From NCBI GenBank assembly GCA_051313645.2, contig JBNRSN020000010.1:11222001-11286000 (forward strand): a stretch of DNA of 64,000 nucleotides, in the 5' to 3' direction. The DNA comes from Centroscyllium fabricii (lineage: Eukaryota). The number at the start of each line of letters is the position of its first letter. The stretch's first letter is position 1. The position numbers were made by a program, and so were the translations under genes. The notes under the pieces are model-generated. The model worked only from the letters and a program-made list of their open reading frames with translations, was not told the DNA's origin and searched no databases. This document shows, in pieces, positions 9,490-21,250 of the stretch.

Positions 9490-12400
9490 AGATGTAATAT
9501 CTCCAAGTTTGTAGATGACACAAAGCTGTGTGTGTGTGTGTGCTCTGATGAGGATGCAGAGAAACTCCAATATGATTTGGATAGGTTGGGTGATTTGACA
9601 GATTCATTGCAAATGCAGTATAATGTGAATGAATGCAAGGTAATCCACTTCGGTGGCAAAACAGGAAGACAGGAGATTATCTGAACGGCAATATATTGAG
9701 TACATGGGAATGTAACGAGACCCGAATGTTTTTGTGCACCAGTCGCTGAAGGTAAGCATGCAGGTGCAGCATGGGGTTAAGAAGGCAAACGGTATGTTGT
9801 TATTCACAGCGAGAGTTTTCGAGTACAGGAGCATGGATGTCTTGTTGCAGTTGTACCGGGCCTTGGTAAGACCAGAAATTGAGTATCGTGTGCAGTTTTG
9901 GTCGCCATATTGGCAGAATTATATCCTTGCCATGGAGAGAGTATGTTAAACCACTTTTTATATATAGCTACTCTTGCCTGTGTGTGTACATGCCTGGGCA
10001 AGCCTGAAGCTGGCTCCGCCCCCATCCTACCTGATGTAGGCCCAGACTCCGGGAGCCTGGCTCACTACAAGGAGTTGCCAGTCAGCCTAAGGATGCTCTT
10101 GTGTTCTTAGTGATTAAAACCCTCAGTTGTATTCTGAAATTCGTCTCGAATATCATTGAACGTGCATCAATTTTAATTTTAAGATGTTTTGAGATGGAAG
10201 AACTCCTGATGCTATCCAGCCTGTTGACCCAGAAGGGGACCATGAGGAAGTGGTAGAGGTGGCCATTAGCCACAAATTTGGTATATTGGCGCTCTGCGGG
10301 GTGGATTTGGAGCTGGTGATAAGCTGATTTCAGGTCAATGGTGAAGAACAGCTTGTGCTGCACAATCTGATTGACCAGGTCAGATATGCATGGAAGGGGG
10401 CACATCTCCAACAGTGTAAAGCGGTTGATGGTCTGGTTGTAGTTGATGACCAATTGGTGCTTTTCACCGGTCTTAACAATGACTACTTATCTATCCCGAC
10501 ATGGTAAGCTGCCACTCGCTCACCACTCGGTACGTGCACCAGAGCATCTCCCTCATTTCCAAATCTCAGACCGCAGAAGTCAGCGGTTACTGCGTAGTCA
10601 CCCTGTTGGTGAAAGGCGCAGTGTACAAGGATTTCAAACTTCAAGTCCTGCCCAATCTCTGCGCTGCCATCCTCCTGGCGTTAGACTTCCAAACCCACCT
10701 TAACAGCGTTACGATGGCATATGGGTGGCCCATTCCCCCTCTCACTGTCTGCAGCCAGAAGCCCTTAATCGGCCAACCGTGCATGGTATGCAGCTTCTAA
10801 CTCTCAAAGTCGCCCCTCCCCCACTTTTCGCTAACCTCACCCCAGACTGTAAACCCATAGCCACTAAGAGCATGAGATACAGTGCTGGGGACAGGCCTTT
10901 CTTCAAGTCCGAGGTAAAGCAGCTCCTGAAGGAGGGGGTGATTGATGCTAGCATGAGCCCCAAGAGGGCCCAGGTAGTCGTCGTTAAGATGGAGAAGAGC
11001 ACCAATTTGTCATCAACCACAGCCAGAACATTAACCAATTTATGCAGTTGGACATGTTTCCCCTTCACCGCATATCTGTCATGGTCAATCAGAAAGCGCA
11101 GTACAAGGTGTTCTCCGCCATTGACATGAAATCAGCTTATCACCAATAACCCATCCGCCTGCAGAACGCCGATATACTGCCTTTGAAGCTAACGGTCGCC
11201 TCAACCACTTCCTCAGGATCCTCTTCGGGGTCACCAATGGCATCTCGGTTTTCCAACGGGAGATGGACGGTATGGTTGACCAGCACGGGCTGCTGGCCAC
11301 GTTTCCATCCCTAGACAAAGTCACCATCTGTGGCCATGACCTGCCACACATTAATCCAGCCTGGAAAAAATCCTTTTCATGGCCCAACTACATAACTTCA
11401 CCTATAACAAGCAGAAATGCATATTGCGCACAACCCACCTTGCTATTCTTGGCCGTGTCATGGAAAACGGTGTCAACATCCCCGACCCAGACCGCATGAG
11501 CCCCCTCATGGAACTCCCCATCCCCCATTGCCAAGAGTCCCCGAAAAGATGATTGGGATTCTTCTGCTACTACACCAAGTGGGTCACTAACTTTGCGGAC
11601 AAGGCCCGCTGGTCCTAAGTCCACCTCCTTCCCTTTAATGACAGAGGCCCATCTGGCCTTCAGCGACATCAAAGGGGACATCGCTAAGGCCACCATACAC
11701 GTAGTGGGCGAATCCTCCCCGTTTCAGGTGGAGAGTGATGTGTCCAACTTTGCCCTGGCCAACACACTTAAGAAGTTTGACAGACCCGTGGCCATATTTT
11801 CCCGAACCCTCCAAGGCCCCGAGACTAGAAAATGCTCTGTCGAGAATAAGGCCCAAACCACAGTGGACGCTGTGTGGTTCTGGAGGCGTTACCTGGCCGG
11901 TAAATGGTTTACACTGCTCATTGACCAGCATTCAGTTGCTTTCATGTTTCTGAACAAGCAGCGGGGTAAAATCAAAAACGACAAGATATTCTGGTGGAGC
12001 GTTGAACTCTCCACCTACAACTACGACATCTTGTACTGGCCCGAGACGTTCTACGAGCCCCCAGATGCCCTACCCCAGGGAACATGTGCCAGCGCACATC
12101 TGAATTGACGGCAGTCCCTCCACAACGACGTCTGCCACCCGGGGTTCACCCGGTTCTTCCATTTCATCAAGATCCGCAACTTGCCCTAATCCACTGAGGG
12201 GTTTCAGACAATGACCAGGAACTGACAGGTCTGCACCGTATGCAAACCGCACATTTACAGGCCAGACATAGCACAACTGATCAAGGCCAACTCTCCCTTC
12301 GAGCGTCTGAGCATCGATATTAAGGAACCCCTCCCCTCCCCCGAACGCAACATGTACTTTCTCACCATTATTCATGAGTATTCACGTTTCCCCTTCGCGT

Positions 12401-13935
12401 TCTCTGCCCTGAAATGAGCTCTGCCATGGTCATCAAGGCCCTGCAGAATCTCTTTGCCCTGTTTGGTTTCCCCAGCTATATCAACAGCAACCGAGTTTCC
12501 TCATTTATGAGCGACGAGCTGCGGCAGTACCTGCTCGGTAGTGGAGTTTCCACGAGATGGACTACCAGGTACAGCCCCCGGGGAAACGGACAGGTGGAGA
12601 GGGAGAAAGATACAGTCTGGAAGGCCAACCTGCTAGCTCTAAAGTCAATTGGACTTCCAGTCTCGCGCTGGCAAGACGTTCTCCCAGATGCACTCCATGC
12701 CATCCGATCCCTTCTCTGCATGGCCATAATTGCTAACATTCATGAAAACATGTTTGGCTTCCCCAGGAAGTCCACCTCGGGGGCATCGCTCCCTTATTGC
12801 CTGACCTCGCCTTAAGACAGAACCCCTCGGTGAAAGAGTCCAACTCCTCCACGCACACCCCTAATATGCCTATACTGAGTGTCCGGACGTGCGGGAGGAC
12901 ACAGTCTCCATTCGGCACCTCGCCCCCTCGGGAGCCCGGAATGCCACCGAGCTCCGCCACCCACACCTTTTGCCACCCACCGCCACCGCGGGAGGGGCCT
13001 GTGTCCGATCTTTCTCCCCAAGCCACTGAACACTGCGCGCCGAACCCAAGGGCCCCACTGCCGACCCCCGACTGCCCCCGTATTGATGAAGACATGGGAC
13101 CTGCACCGCAGCTGGAGTTACGACAATTGCAGAGGCGTACCAGACCACCTGAACGATTCATGTACACTTGACCTTGTCTCACTTCACCCTGCTGAAGTCA
13201 TTTTTAAAGAAGGTGTGAATATGGTAAATCAATGTTTGTATATAGTTGCCTCTTGCCTGTGTGTATACATGCCTGGGCATGCCTGTAACTGACTCCGCCA
13301 ACAGCTTACCTGATATAAAGGCCCAAACACTGGGAGCCTGGCTCACAACAAGGACGTGCCACTCAGCGTAAGGATGTTCCAGTGTTCTCAGTGAATAGCA
13401 GCCTCAGTTGCATTATCAACTTCATCTCGACTATAATGGATCGTGCATCAGACAGTGCAGCAAAGATTCGCCAGACTGGTACCTCAGATGGCAGGAATGC
13501 TGTATGAGTATAGATTTGGTCGATTACGTATATATTCATTTGAGTTTAGAAGAATGAGAGGGGATCTCATGAAACTTATAAAATTATAATAGAACTAGAC
13601 AGACTAAATGCAGGAGGGATGTTTCTGATGGCCGGGGTCTACAGAACCAGCGGATACATTCTAAAGATAAGGCTACACCACTGTGGATGAGCAATGTATT
13701 CACCCTGAGAGTTGTCAACCGGCGGAATGTGCTCACACAGTTGAGGCCAACTCATTGAATATACTGAATAAGGAGTTAAATATATTTCTTAAGGCTGAAG
13801 GGATCAGGAGATATGGGGTGAAAGCAGCGAAAGTGTACTGAATTTGAATGATCTGCCATGATCTCATTAACTGGCAGAACAGGGTCTAGGGGCCTAGGGG
13901 CGTAATGCTGCTCGTATCTTCTATGCTTCTTTGTT
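9490..13935 (+). mobile_element. CR1 3' portion (9490-9941 and 13451-13935) split by the Gypsy element
   Basis: SKFVDDTKL...VKKANGMLLFTARVFEYRS...QFWSPYW...AMER, resuming VQQRFARLVP after the LTR element; 3'UTR ends near 13935. Confidence 0.88.
9942..13450 (+). mobile_element. Gypsy/Ty3 LTR retrotransposon, decayed and internally rearranged
   Basis: LTRs at 9942-10169 and 13220-13450 (both end gtgcatCA); near-TSD gagag/gacag; protease C-term (ILLALDFQ), RT, RNase H (FQVESDVS...FTLLIDQ), integrase (YSPRGNGQVER) in Gypsy order; PPT-like aaagaaggtgtgaa before the 3' LTR. Confidence 0.93.
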
Positions 13936-14940
13936 TCTGCAACCTTTCCTTGAGCCAAGATACCTCATCTGCGGAACCATTCTGGTAATTCTCATCTGCA
14001 CCCTCTCAAGCGCCTTCACATCCTACATTGTCTACCAAACTCCTCACCCTCGGCCTGAACACCTCCCTCTGCAACTGGACCCTGGACTTCCTAACCAACA
14101 GACCACAGTCAGTGAAGTTAGGTAACCTCACCTCCCACCCCTTACCCGGAACACGGGGGCCCACAAGGCTGTGTGCTGACGCCCCTCCTCTACTCCCTCT
14201 TCAATCACGACTGTGCGGCTGTCCATGGCTCCAACACGATCATCAAGTTTGTGGACAACACCACGGTGGTTGGCAAGATCACCAACAACGATGAGTCAGC
14301 CTACAGGGATGAGATCCAGCGCCTTGTGGGATGGTGTGCCGACAACAACCTGTCACTGAACACCAAGAAAACTAAGGAGATCATAGTGGACTTCCAGAGG
14401 ACTGAAAGCAGAAGACACACCCACATCTTCATCCAAGGGGCTGAGGTGGAAATGGAGTTAGCTTCAAGTTCCCTGGGGTCTACATCACGGAAGACCTCCC
14501 CTGGTCAGTAAACACCTCCTCTCTGGTTAAGAAGGCCCAACAGCGCTTGTCCTTCTCAAGGAAGCTGAAGAAAGCCAGGCTGTCATCCGGCATCCTCTCC
14601 AACTTCTACCGCTGCACAATCGAAAGCATACTGACAAGCTGCATCACAGTCTGGTATAGAAATTGCACCATCTCGGACCGGAAGACCCTGCAGCGCGTAG
14701 CCAAAACTGCCCAACGAATCACTGGTACCCAGCTACCGTCAAATAAAAACATCTACCTCAAACGCTGCCGACGGAGGTCTCTGAACATTATTAAAGACCC
14801 CACACACCCCAGCCACAGTCTGTTCGCCCCCTGCCCTCCAGGAGACGCTACAGACCAATTCGCACCCGCCCGACTAGATTTAAGATCAGTTTCTTCCCCA
14901 GGGTTGTCAGCCTCCTGAACTCTAAAAAAAACACTGGTAC

Positions 14941-15952
14941 TGTCATAGATGGAATTCTCCTTTAAGGATTCCATCTTTAAATTCTGTGGTCTTTTCTCTG
15001 TTTAATTCATTAAACCTCGTTTTCCAGTGAATACAGCTAAATTGTACCTCGTTTATTATTGCATGCAATTAAGGGGACAGAGCTAATCAATCAATTTAGC
15101 TTGAGCTGTATATAAGCCTTGGGTTGACACCAGGAGATTGCCGGATCGATAAATCTACTACTAGGAAACAGATGTGCTGTCCTAGCTCGGAGGAGGCAGT
15201 TGAAGTGGGGTGAACCTGCTTGTAGAAGAAATGGATTCTCCTGCTGAAGGCTCTGTTGGAGTTAGTCTCCTCGGTGGAGCGGACCCTGGAGAATTCCTGT
15301 TTCTGCATTCTGGACATTGCTCTCTATCACCTGAACTCAGGTTTGGACATTAACTCTGTTATTATAAAGCTCTCTGATGAAGCAGTCGTTTTAAAGGGTT
15401 CTGCTCACAGAAGAAAACTTGTTCTGTTCCTAAAACTCTCTGATGAAGTAGTCGTTGTAAAGGGTTCTACTCACAGAAGAAAACTTGTTCCAGTTCCTAC
15501 TCTCTCATGAAGCAGTCGTTGTAAAGGGTTCTGCTCACAGAAGAAAACTTGTTCTGTTCCTAAAACTCTCTGATGAAGTAGTCGTTGTAAAGGGTTCTAC
15601 TCACAGAGGAAAATCTTGTTCTAGTTCCTAACTCTTTGATGCTCTTCGCTGAGTGTCCTGGGGGTCCGAAGCGTCAGAAGAAAACTTGTTCTGTTCCTAA
15701 AGCTCTCTGATGAAGCAGTCGTTGTAAAGGGTTCTACTCACAGAAGAAAATCTTGTTTTAGTTCCTAACTCTTTGATGCTCTTCGCTGAGTGTCCTGGGG
15801 GTCCGAAGCGTATTATGAATGTCGTTGATCTCTGTATTGTAATAATTGACTTTGTGTATATATTGTTTGGTTACTACTTAGAATTAAAGGAATCTTTATG
15901 CTAGATTGACTTCCGGTGTCTTGCATTTGGGCCCCACCACCAAACCGTTACA
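14941..15952 (+). mobile_element. Solo LTR (1012 bp) with internal tandem array
   Basis: TGTCA...TTACA termini; perfect 5-bp TSD GGTAC (14936-14940 and 15953-15957); TATATAA at 15109; ATTAAA at 15883. Confidence 0.88.
15368..15812 (+). repeat. ~66-bp tandem array with higher-order A/B structure inside the LTR
   Basis: Five ctctctgatgaag(c/t)agtcgttgtaaagggttct(g/a)ctcacagaagaaaacttgttc units plus two copies of ctctttgatgctcttcgctgagtgtcctgggggtccgaagcgt. Confidence 0.95.
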
Positions 15953-17472
15953 GGTACCTGCACAACTGAAAATATACTTTTCTGTATGCAATTTGCATAT
16001 CATTTATTTGCACTGCTCCAGGGAGCGGCGAGTCTTCTTCTCGTTGTATTGTACTAGTACTCTGCAATGACTATAAAACTTGAATTGAATTGAATTGAAT
16101 CGCTTCTAAATGTTGGTGACCAGAACTGGACCCAATATTCCAATTGCAGCCAACACAGCGCTTTATAACGGTTCAACATTACTTCTGTACTCTTGCACTC
16201 ATACCTCTATTTTGAAGCCCAAGGTCCCATGTGATTTATTAACTACTCTCTCAATATGTACCGTCATATTCAGGAACCTATGCACTTTAATTCACAGGGC
16301 CCTCTCCCCATGCACACTTTATAAAACTGTGATATTAAGAGTACATTGCCTCTCCCTCTTCATTCTGCCAAAATGCATTATCGCATACTTCTCTGTATTA
16401 AATTCTGGCTGCCGTTTGTCTGCCTATTCTGTTAGGCTTTTTCTGTCCTGTTACAGTCGATTTAATCATTTTCATTGGTTGTAAAAACCTCACGTGCGTT
16501 ATATATAAATATAGTTTTTTTCTGACGTTCAGCCAATTCCTTATCCAAGCTGCCACTGAACCATCTATTCCACGGGCGTCAATTTTGCAAACCAGCCTTC
16601 TATGTGGTACTTTGTCAAAAGCCTTCCCATAATCTATGTAGGTAACATCCAATGCATTCCTGTTATCGATCCTCTCTGTTAGTTCATCAAAAAATTCAAT
16701 TACATTTGTCTAACATGATCTGCCTTTTACAAATCTGTGTTGTCTCTCTTTACTTAGTTTAAACCTCGCCAAGTGCATGGTACCTTTTTCATTCATTATT
16801 CTGGTTAATCTTTCTAAAACTTCACCAACCACTGATGTTGAACTGGCTGGCCTGCCCTTATCAGGATTGCCTAACACCATTACTTGAACAATGGTAACAC
16901 ATTTGACACTTTCCAATCTTCAGGCAGCTCACCCGCATCTTGGGAAGGTTGGAAAATTATGGCAAGCCCTTACGCTGTCTCCTCCACCCAATTCGCTAAG
17001 CAACATAGAATGCAAACCATCTGGGCTAGGCAACCTGTCCACTCTAAGGAAACAAAGCCTTTCTACTACATCCCCTCTATCAATTTCCACCCCTTCCATT
17101 GCTTCTAACTTTTCCACTTCTTCCGATATTTTGTCAGCTTCCACATACTTACTACTCAATGAAACAACGTACTCATTGTGTATTATAGCCTTGCCCTGCG
17201 CCTCTCAGCAGATATCAACTTCGTTTTCTCTAATGAGCCAAACCCGCCTCTTACTATCCACTTACTGTTTACATGATGGTGGATGATTTTTGTTTTCCCT
17301 TTTATGTTAACCGCTATTCTACTCTCATATTCTCTCTTTTCCAATCTTATGTTTATCTTCACATCCCCTGTCAACGTACTGCATTTTGCCAGTTCTCTCT
17401 TCATTAATTCATCTGACATGCTTCATAAATCATATGTTTAGTTTTATCATCTCCTCTATCTCCCTCGTCATC

Positions 17473-17959
17473 CAAGTACAAGAACTCACACAACACCAGG
17501 TTATAGTCCTACAGTTTCTTTTGAAATCACAAGCGTTCGGAGCGCTGCTCCTTCCCCAGGCGAAAGGTAAGTTAATTTGAAGACAGCACATATACAAGGG
17601 AGAGAGCAGTCTAATCTCTTCCAACATCACACCTGTGTTTTCAAAGACAAAAGACTGCAACATTTGAGTCTTTGTGACTGTGCCCCATGGATCTCAGACT
17701 GGTGCATGAATAATATGTTAAAATATGTTGAAACACCTTTGTCTGCTCTGTTTGTCTCTGCTGAGGTGTGATGTTGGAAGTGATTAGACGGCTCTCTCCC
17801 TTGTATACATGCTGTCTTCAAATTAACTTCTCTTTCGCCTGAGGAAGGAGCAGCGCTCCGAAAGCTTGTGATTTCAAATAAAACTGTTGGACAAGAACCT
17901 AGTGTTGTGTGACTTCTTGCATTTGTCCACCCAGACCAACACCGGCACCTCCACATCAT
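17473..17959 (+). mobile_element. Non-autonomous Penelope-like 3' end with ~160-bp inverted arms
   Basis: Arms 17473-17633 and 17764-17925 are reverse complements; TSD GTCATC (17467-17472 and 17960-17965); inner part resembles the 3'UTR of the element at 29045-30195. Confidence 0.85.
17835..17871 (+). ncRNA. Minimal type I hammerhead ribozyme motif (Penelope-associated)
   Basis: tcgc-CTGAGGA-a-GGAGC agc GCTCC-GAAA-gc-TT-gtga: core boxes, stem II, stem I and palindromic AGCT in place of stem III. Confidence 0.75.
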
Positions 17960-18349
17960 GTCATCAAATTAGCCCTTGCATTGGTTACTTTACCCTTCCC
18001 TCTTGTTGGAATGTACCTAGCCTTTACGTGGCACATATTCTTCCTAAAAATCATCTGTTGTGCCATTACAGATTTTCCTGTCGGTATTTGATTCCAGTTT
18101 ACTCTGGCTAGATCCTTTCACATTCCTTTGACGATGGCCCTATTGCAGTTTATAAGTTCCACTCTAGATTGTTCCTTGCTCCTCTTCATTGCTAATTATA
18201 AACATACGATACGATGATCACTCGTAACTAATTGTTCTGCTCCAGATATAGAAATGCCTTTTCCGAGTGGGGTCAAGATCACACTGGTCAAGAAAATTCT
18301 CCTCAACACAAGTCTGAAAAAACTCCAGCTACAACTACAATCATGCACC

Positions 18350-19090
18350 ATCAGGTTAGGTACAGTAGGAGTTTGACACACTGTAAACCTCCCTCAACAT
18401 TGTCCCATCTAACACATATAGGTCAGTAACAGCACGCGTTAGATATAAAGTAAAGCTCCCTCTAGAATGTCCCTTTTAATATTTCCAGGGCAGGTACTGC
18501 ACTATTCGGATACAGAGCAGAACTCCCTGTGCAATATCTCATCAAACGCACACACCTACTACCGTCAGGTTATAATCAGTAACGGTTAGATAAAGGCAGC
18601 GTCAGATACAGAGAAAAGCTCGGTCTATACTGTCCCATTAATCAAACTTATGTTAGGTACAGCACAGGTTATATAGGGAATAAAGCATTTACTACACTAT
18701 CCCAGCAAACACTCCCAGGGAAGGTGCAGCATGCGTCAGATACAGAATAAAATATCCTGTTCAATGCTCAAACAAACTCTCACATCAACTGACATTAGCT
18801 AAAATGCAGAATGCTTTAGATCAATTTCGCGGTAGATACAGAGTAAAGCCCTATATATACTGTCCTATGATGCAGCTCCAGTGCAGCTACAGCGCAGGTT
18901 AGATACAGTTTGAAGCTTTTGCTACAATGTCCCATCAAAATCTCCCAGGAATGTTACAGCAGGCGTTAGATCCAGAGTAAAGCTCTTTATATACAGTTCC
19001 ATAAAACTCTCCTAGGGTAGGTACAATAAGGCTTTAAAATACAGTTATGCTCCCTCATTATTTTCTCCTCAAAGACTCACGCGACAGTTG
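18350..19090 (+). repeat. Degenerate ~65-bp shark-type minisatellite, about 11 units
   Basis: Repeated ggtacagcac...ttagatacagagtaaagctccctct..actgtcccatcaaac.ctcccagg. Confidence 0.88.
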
Positions 19091-20639
19091 CAGACCGGCA
19101 TATGCATTATCTGACTGGCAGCTATTCATTTATGCAGACTGGCAGGTATTCATTTGTTAGACTCAGGGAATTAAAAGATAAACATACCGCCCAGATCAGC
19201 GAAATGTGGGCCATTCCTCTCCCATTATATGGTCGAGGCTTGATCCAGGCTTTCCTGTTCTGAGATGCCAGGTCAGTGAAATGGAAAACATAATCATTTT
19301 CTTAAGTAACTGGTGTAAAACAGTTTCCACAAGCCACCAAATCACTGTAATAAGGGAAACTCACCATAGCAGAACACCAGAAATCAACCACAGTGATCCC
19401 ATGCTAGAACATTTCTAATATAGGCGATATCAACTTTCATTGCCATACATTCATCTGTATTAGAATCTATGTGGATTATGGTGACTTTGGGAGTGGGTGC
19501 AAAATGGACGTTATTGAATTGATCGCCATTTTATACCGCGTCTAATTTTCCTTTCGATTGACTTGATGGTGTATATTAGGCGGATAGTTGTCTCTCGACC
19601 ATTTTACACAATCACACAACGTTATAATTACCCACCACCCCGTACTATATTCCTGGGCGGTCCTACCCCATCTAACTAATTGTTTAAATTGGTATATTTA
19701 TTAAAGAACTTAACATTTGTTGTTATGCTACCTGTTGACAGCTTAATACACCATTTTAAACTGTCCACTCTCCCGTTTGAAAGCCCCATTAAACATTTTA
19801 CATTCCACGTGATTATATTTAAAACTATTAGCCCCAAACTTCATCAGATGCCTTTATTTGAAGTTTCTCATTTTGGACAATTTTAAATCTGTGCGATGGT
19901 GTTAATGGGCGATGTCCATTTAGCCGACCATAATAATCCCGTTCGATTTTCCTTGCCGTGGGAGTAATTCTGGTTGTGTGCCATGGTGTAAAACGACTGG
20001 TAGCGAATGGGCAGCCGGTTTTATATCCCTTCCGAATGACTCTAACTGAAAGTTAAGTTTCGTGATGTTTATCAGGAGTGGTCCAACCGATATCATCCTG
20101 TTTACATTATTGCCCATAGTTTAAATGACCAACATTCTGTTGCGTCCCTTTCTCACAATATTTGATGGACGCTATTTCCAAGTTACTCTCCGTGCAATTA
20201 ATTACCACACTCAAATTTCCAGAACTAAAGCAAGCAATGTTTATTTCCTTTTTGAATTGAAAGATGTTGATCTGACAAGCAGTCCAGGATCCATTCTAAA
20301 ATGTGTTCTCCACTTTAACCACGCATATTTAGTTTATTCCTGTTTATTTTGTGATAGATAAAATCTCCCAATATGATTAAGCAATTGTTCTTATATTATT
20401 ATTTGTAATGGCTTAAATTATCCCCTTCTATCACATAAGCTTAGCGTTCTGTTATGGCCATCGAGAATTGTAATTTGCGCCTTCCTAATTCATAACCCTC
20501 TCCATGTGAATTCTGTCTCATTTTAACGTCTGTGATGTCATAGTTTCCTGGCGCTGTAATATAAAATGATTCACGAACACTGTCATTCGGCACCTTTTGC
20601 TGATTCTTTCTCTCATGAAAGCTGCAACAACTTGCAATA

Positions 20640-21250
20640 ATATAACGCCTTTACCACAGTACAACGATCCAATCCGCTTCACAGCAGTGCAATCAGATAA
20701 AATTGACATCGAGAGGAAGAAGGATATATTCGGATGGTTGATAAAATGTTTGATGAAAGAGGTGGGCTTTAAGGATTGTAATATAGGAAGAGAGAATCGG
20801 AAAGCCGGAGTTTTTAAGGGAAATATTTCCAGAGCTTAGGGCCTCGGCAGCTGAAGGCACCACTCACATTGGCGCGATGAAGAAAGTGGGAGATGCCCAT
20901 GAGGACAGAGCTGGAGGAACGCATATTGCGAGGGGTTGTAGGCTTTAGAAGGTTACAGATTTGGATTAGCGAGGCCATGGAGAGATTTTAAGAGGAGGAT
21001 GAGAAATTTAAAAGCGAAGTGATGCTGAACAAGGGGACAATAAAATGAGCGCTCACAGGGGAGATGGGTACAAGAGACTTAGTGGAAGTTAACATGTGGC
21101 CGCAGGGTTCACTATGAGCTCAATATTTTGGAGAGTGAAAGTAGAGTGAGCGGCCAAGAGGGCGCTGGATTAGCCAAATCCAATCTGGAGGCTGCAGTAG
21201 CATGCATGATGGTTTCAGCAGCAAATAGGCAGAGGCAAAGATAAACCTGG
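20640..21250 (-). mobile_element. L2-type LINE 3' fragment
   Basis: ttccagagcttagggcctcggcagctgaaggcac block, the reverse complement of the L2 tail at 37740. Confidence 0.65.

Larger units (their letters stand above)
13945..16100 (+). mobile_element. Rex1/Babar-type LINE 3' portion, split by a solo LTR
   Basis: [63 protein letters not shown]; (TGAAT)n tail at 16081-16100. Confidence 0.9.
16101..18275 (-). mobile_element. Decayed CR1 ORF2 fragments, interrupted by a Penelope-like insert
   Basis: DVTYIDYGKAFDKVPHRRLV, QHRFVKGRSC, LRVDRLPSPDGLHSMLL. Confidence 0.88.

Noticed and set aside
15374-15418. Hammerhead ribozyme in LTR repeat units (CTGATGA...GAAA)
   Set aside because: Seven nucleotides separate the stem from GAAA and the CTGATGA box is itself paired; kept only as a hairpin finding.
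15368-15812. CRISPR-like regular repeats
   Set aside because: Head-to-tail units without unique spacers, inside a TSD-flanked LTR in vertebrate DNA; no cas genes.
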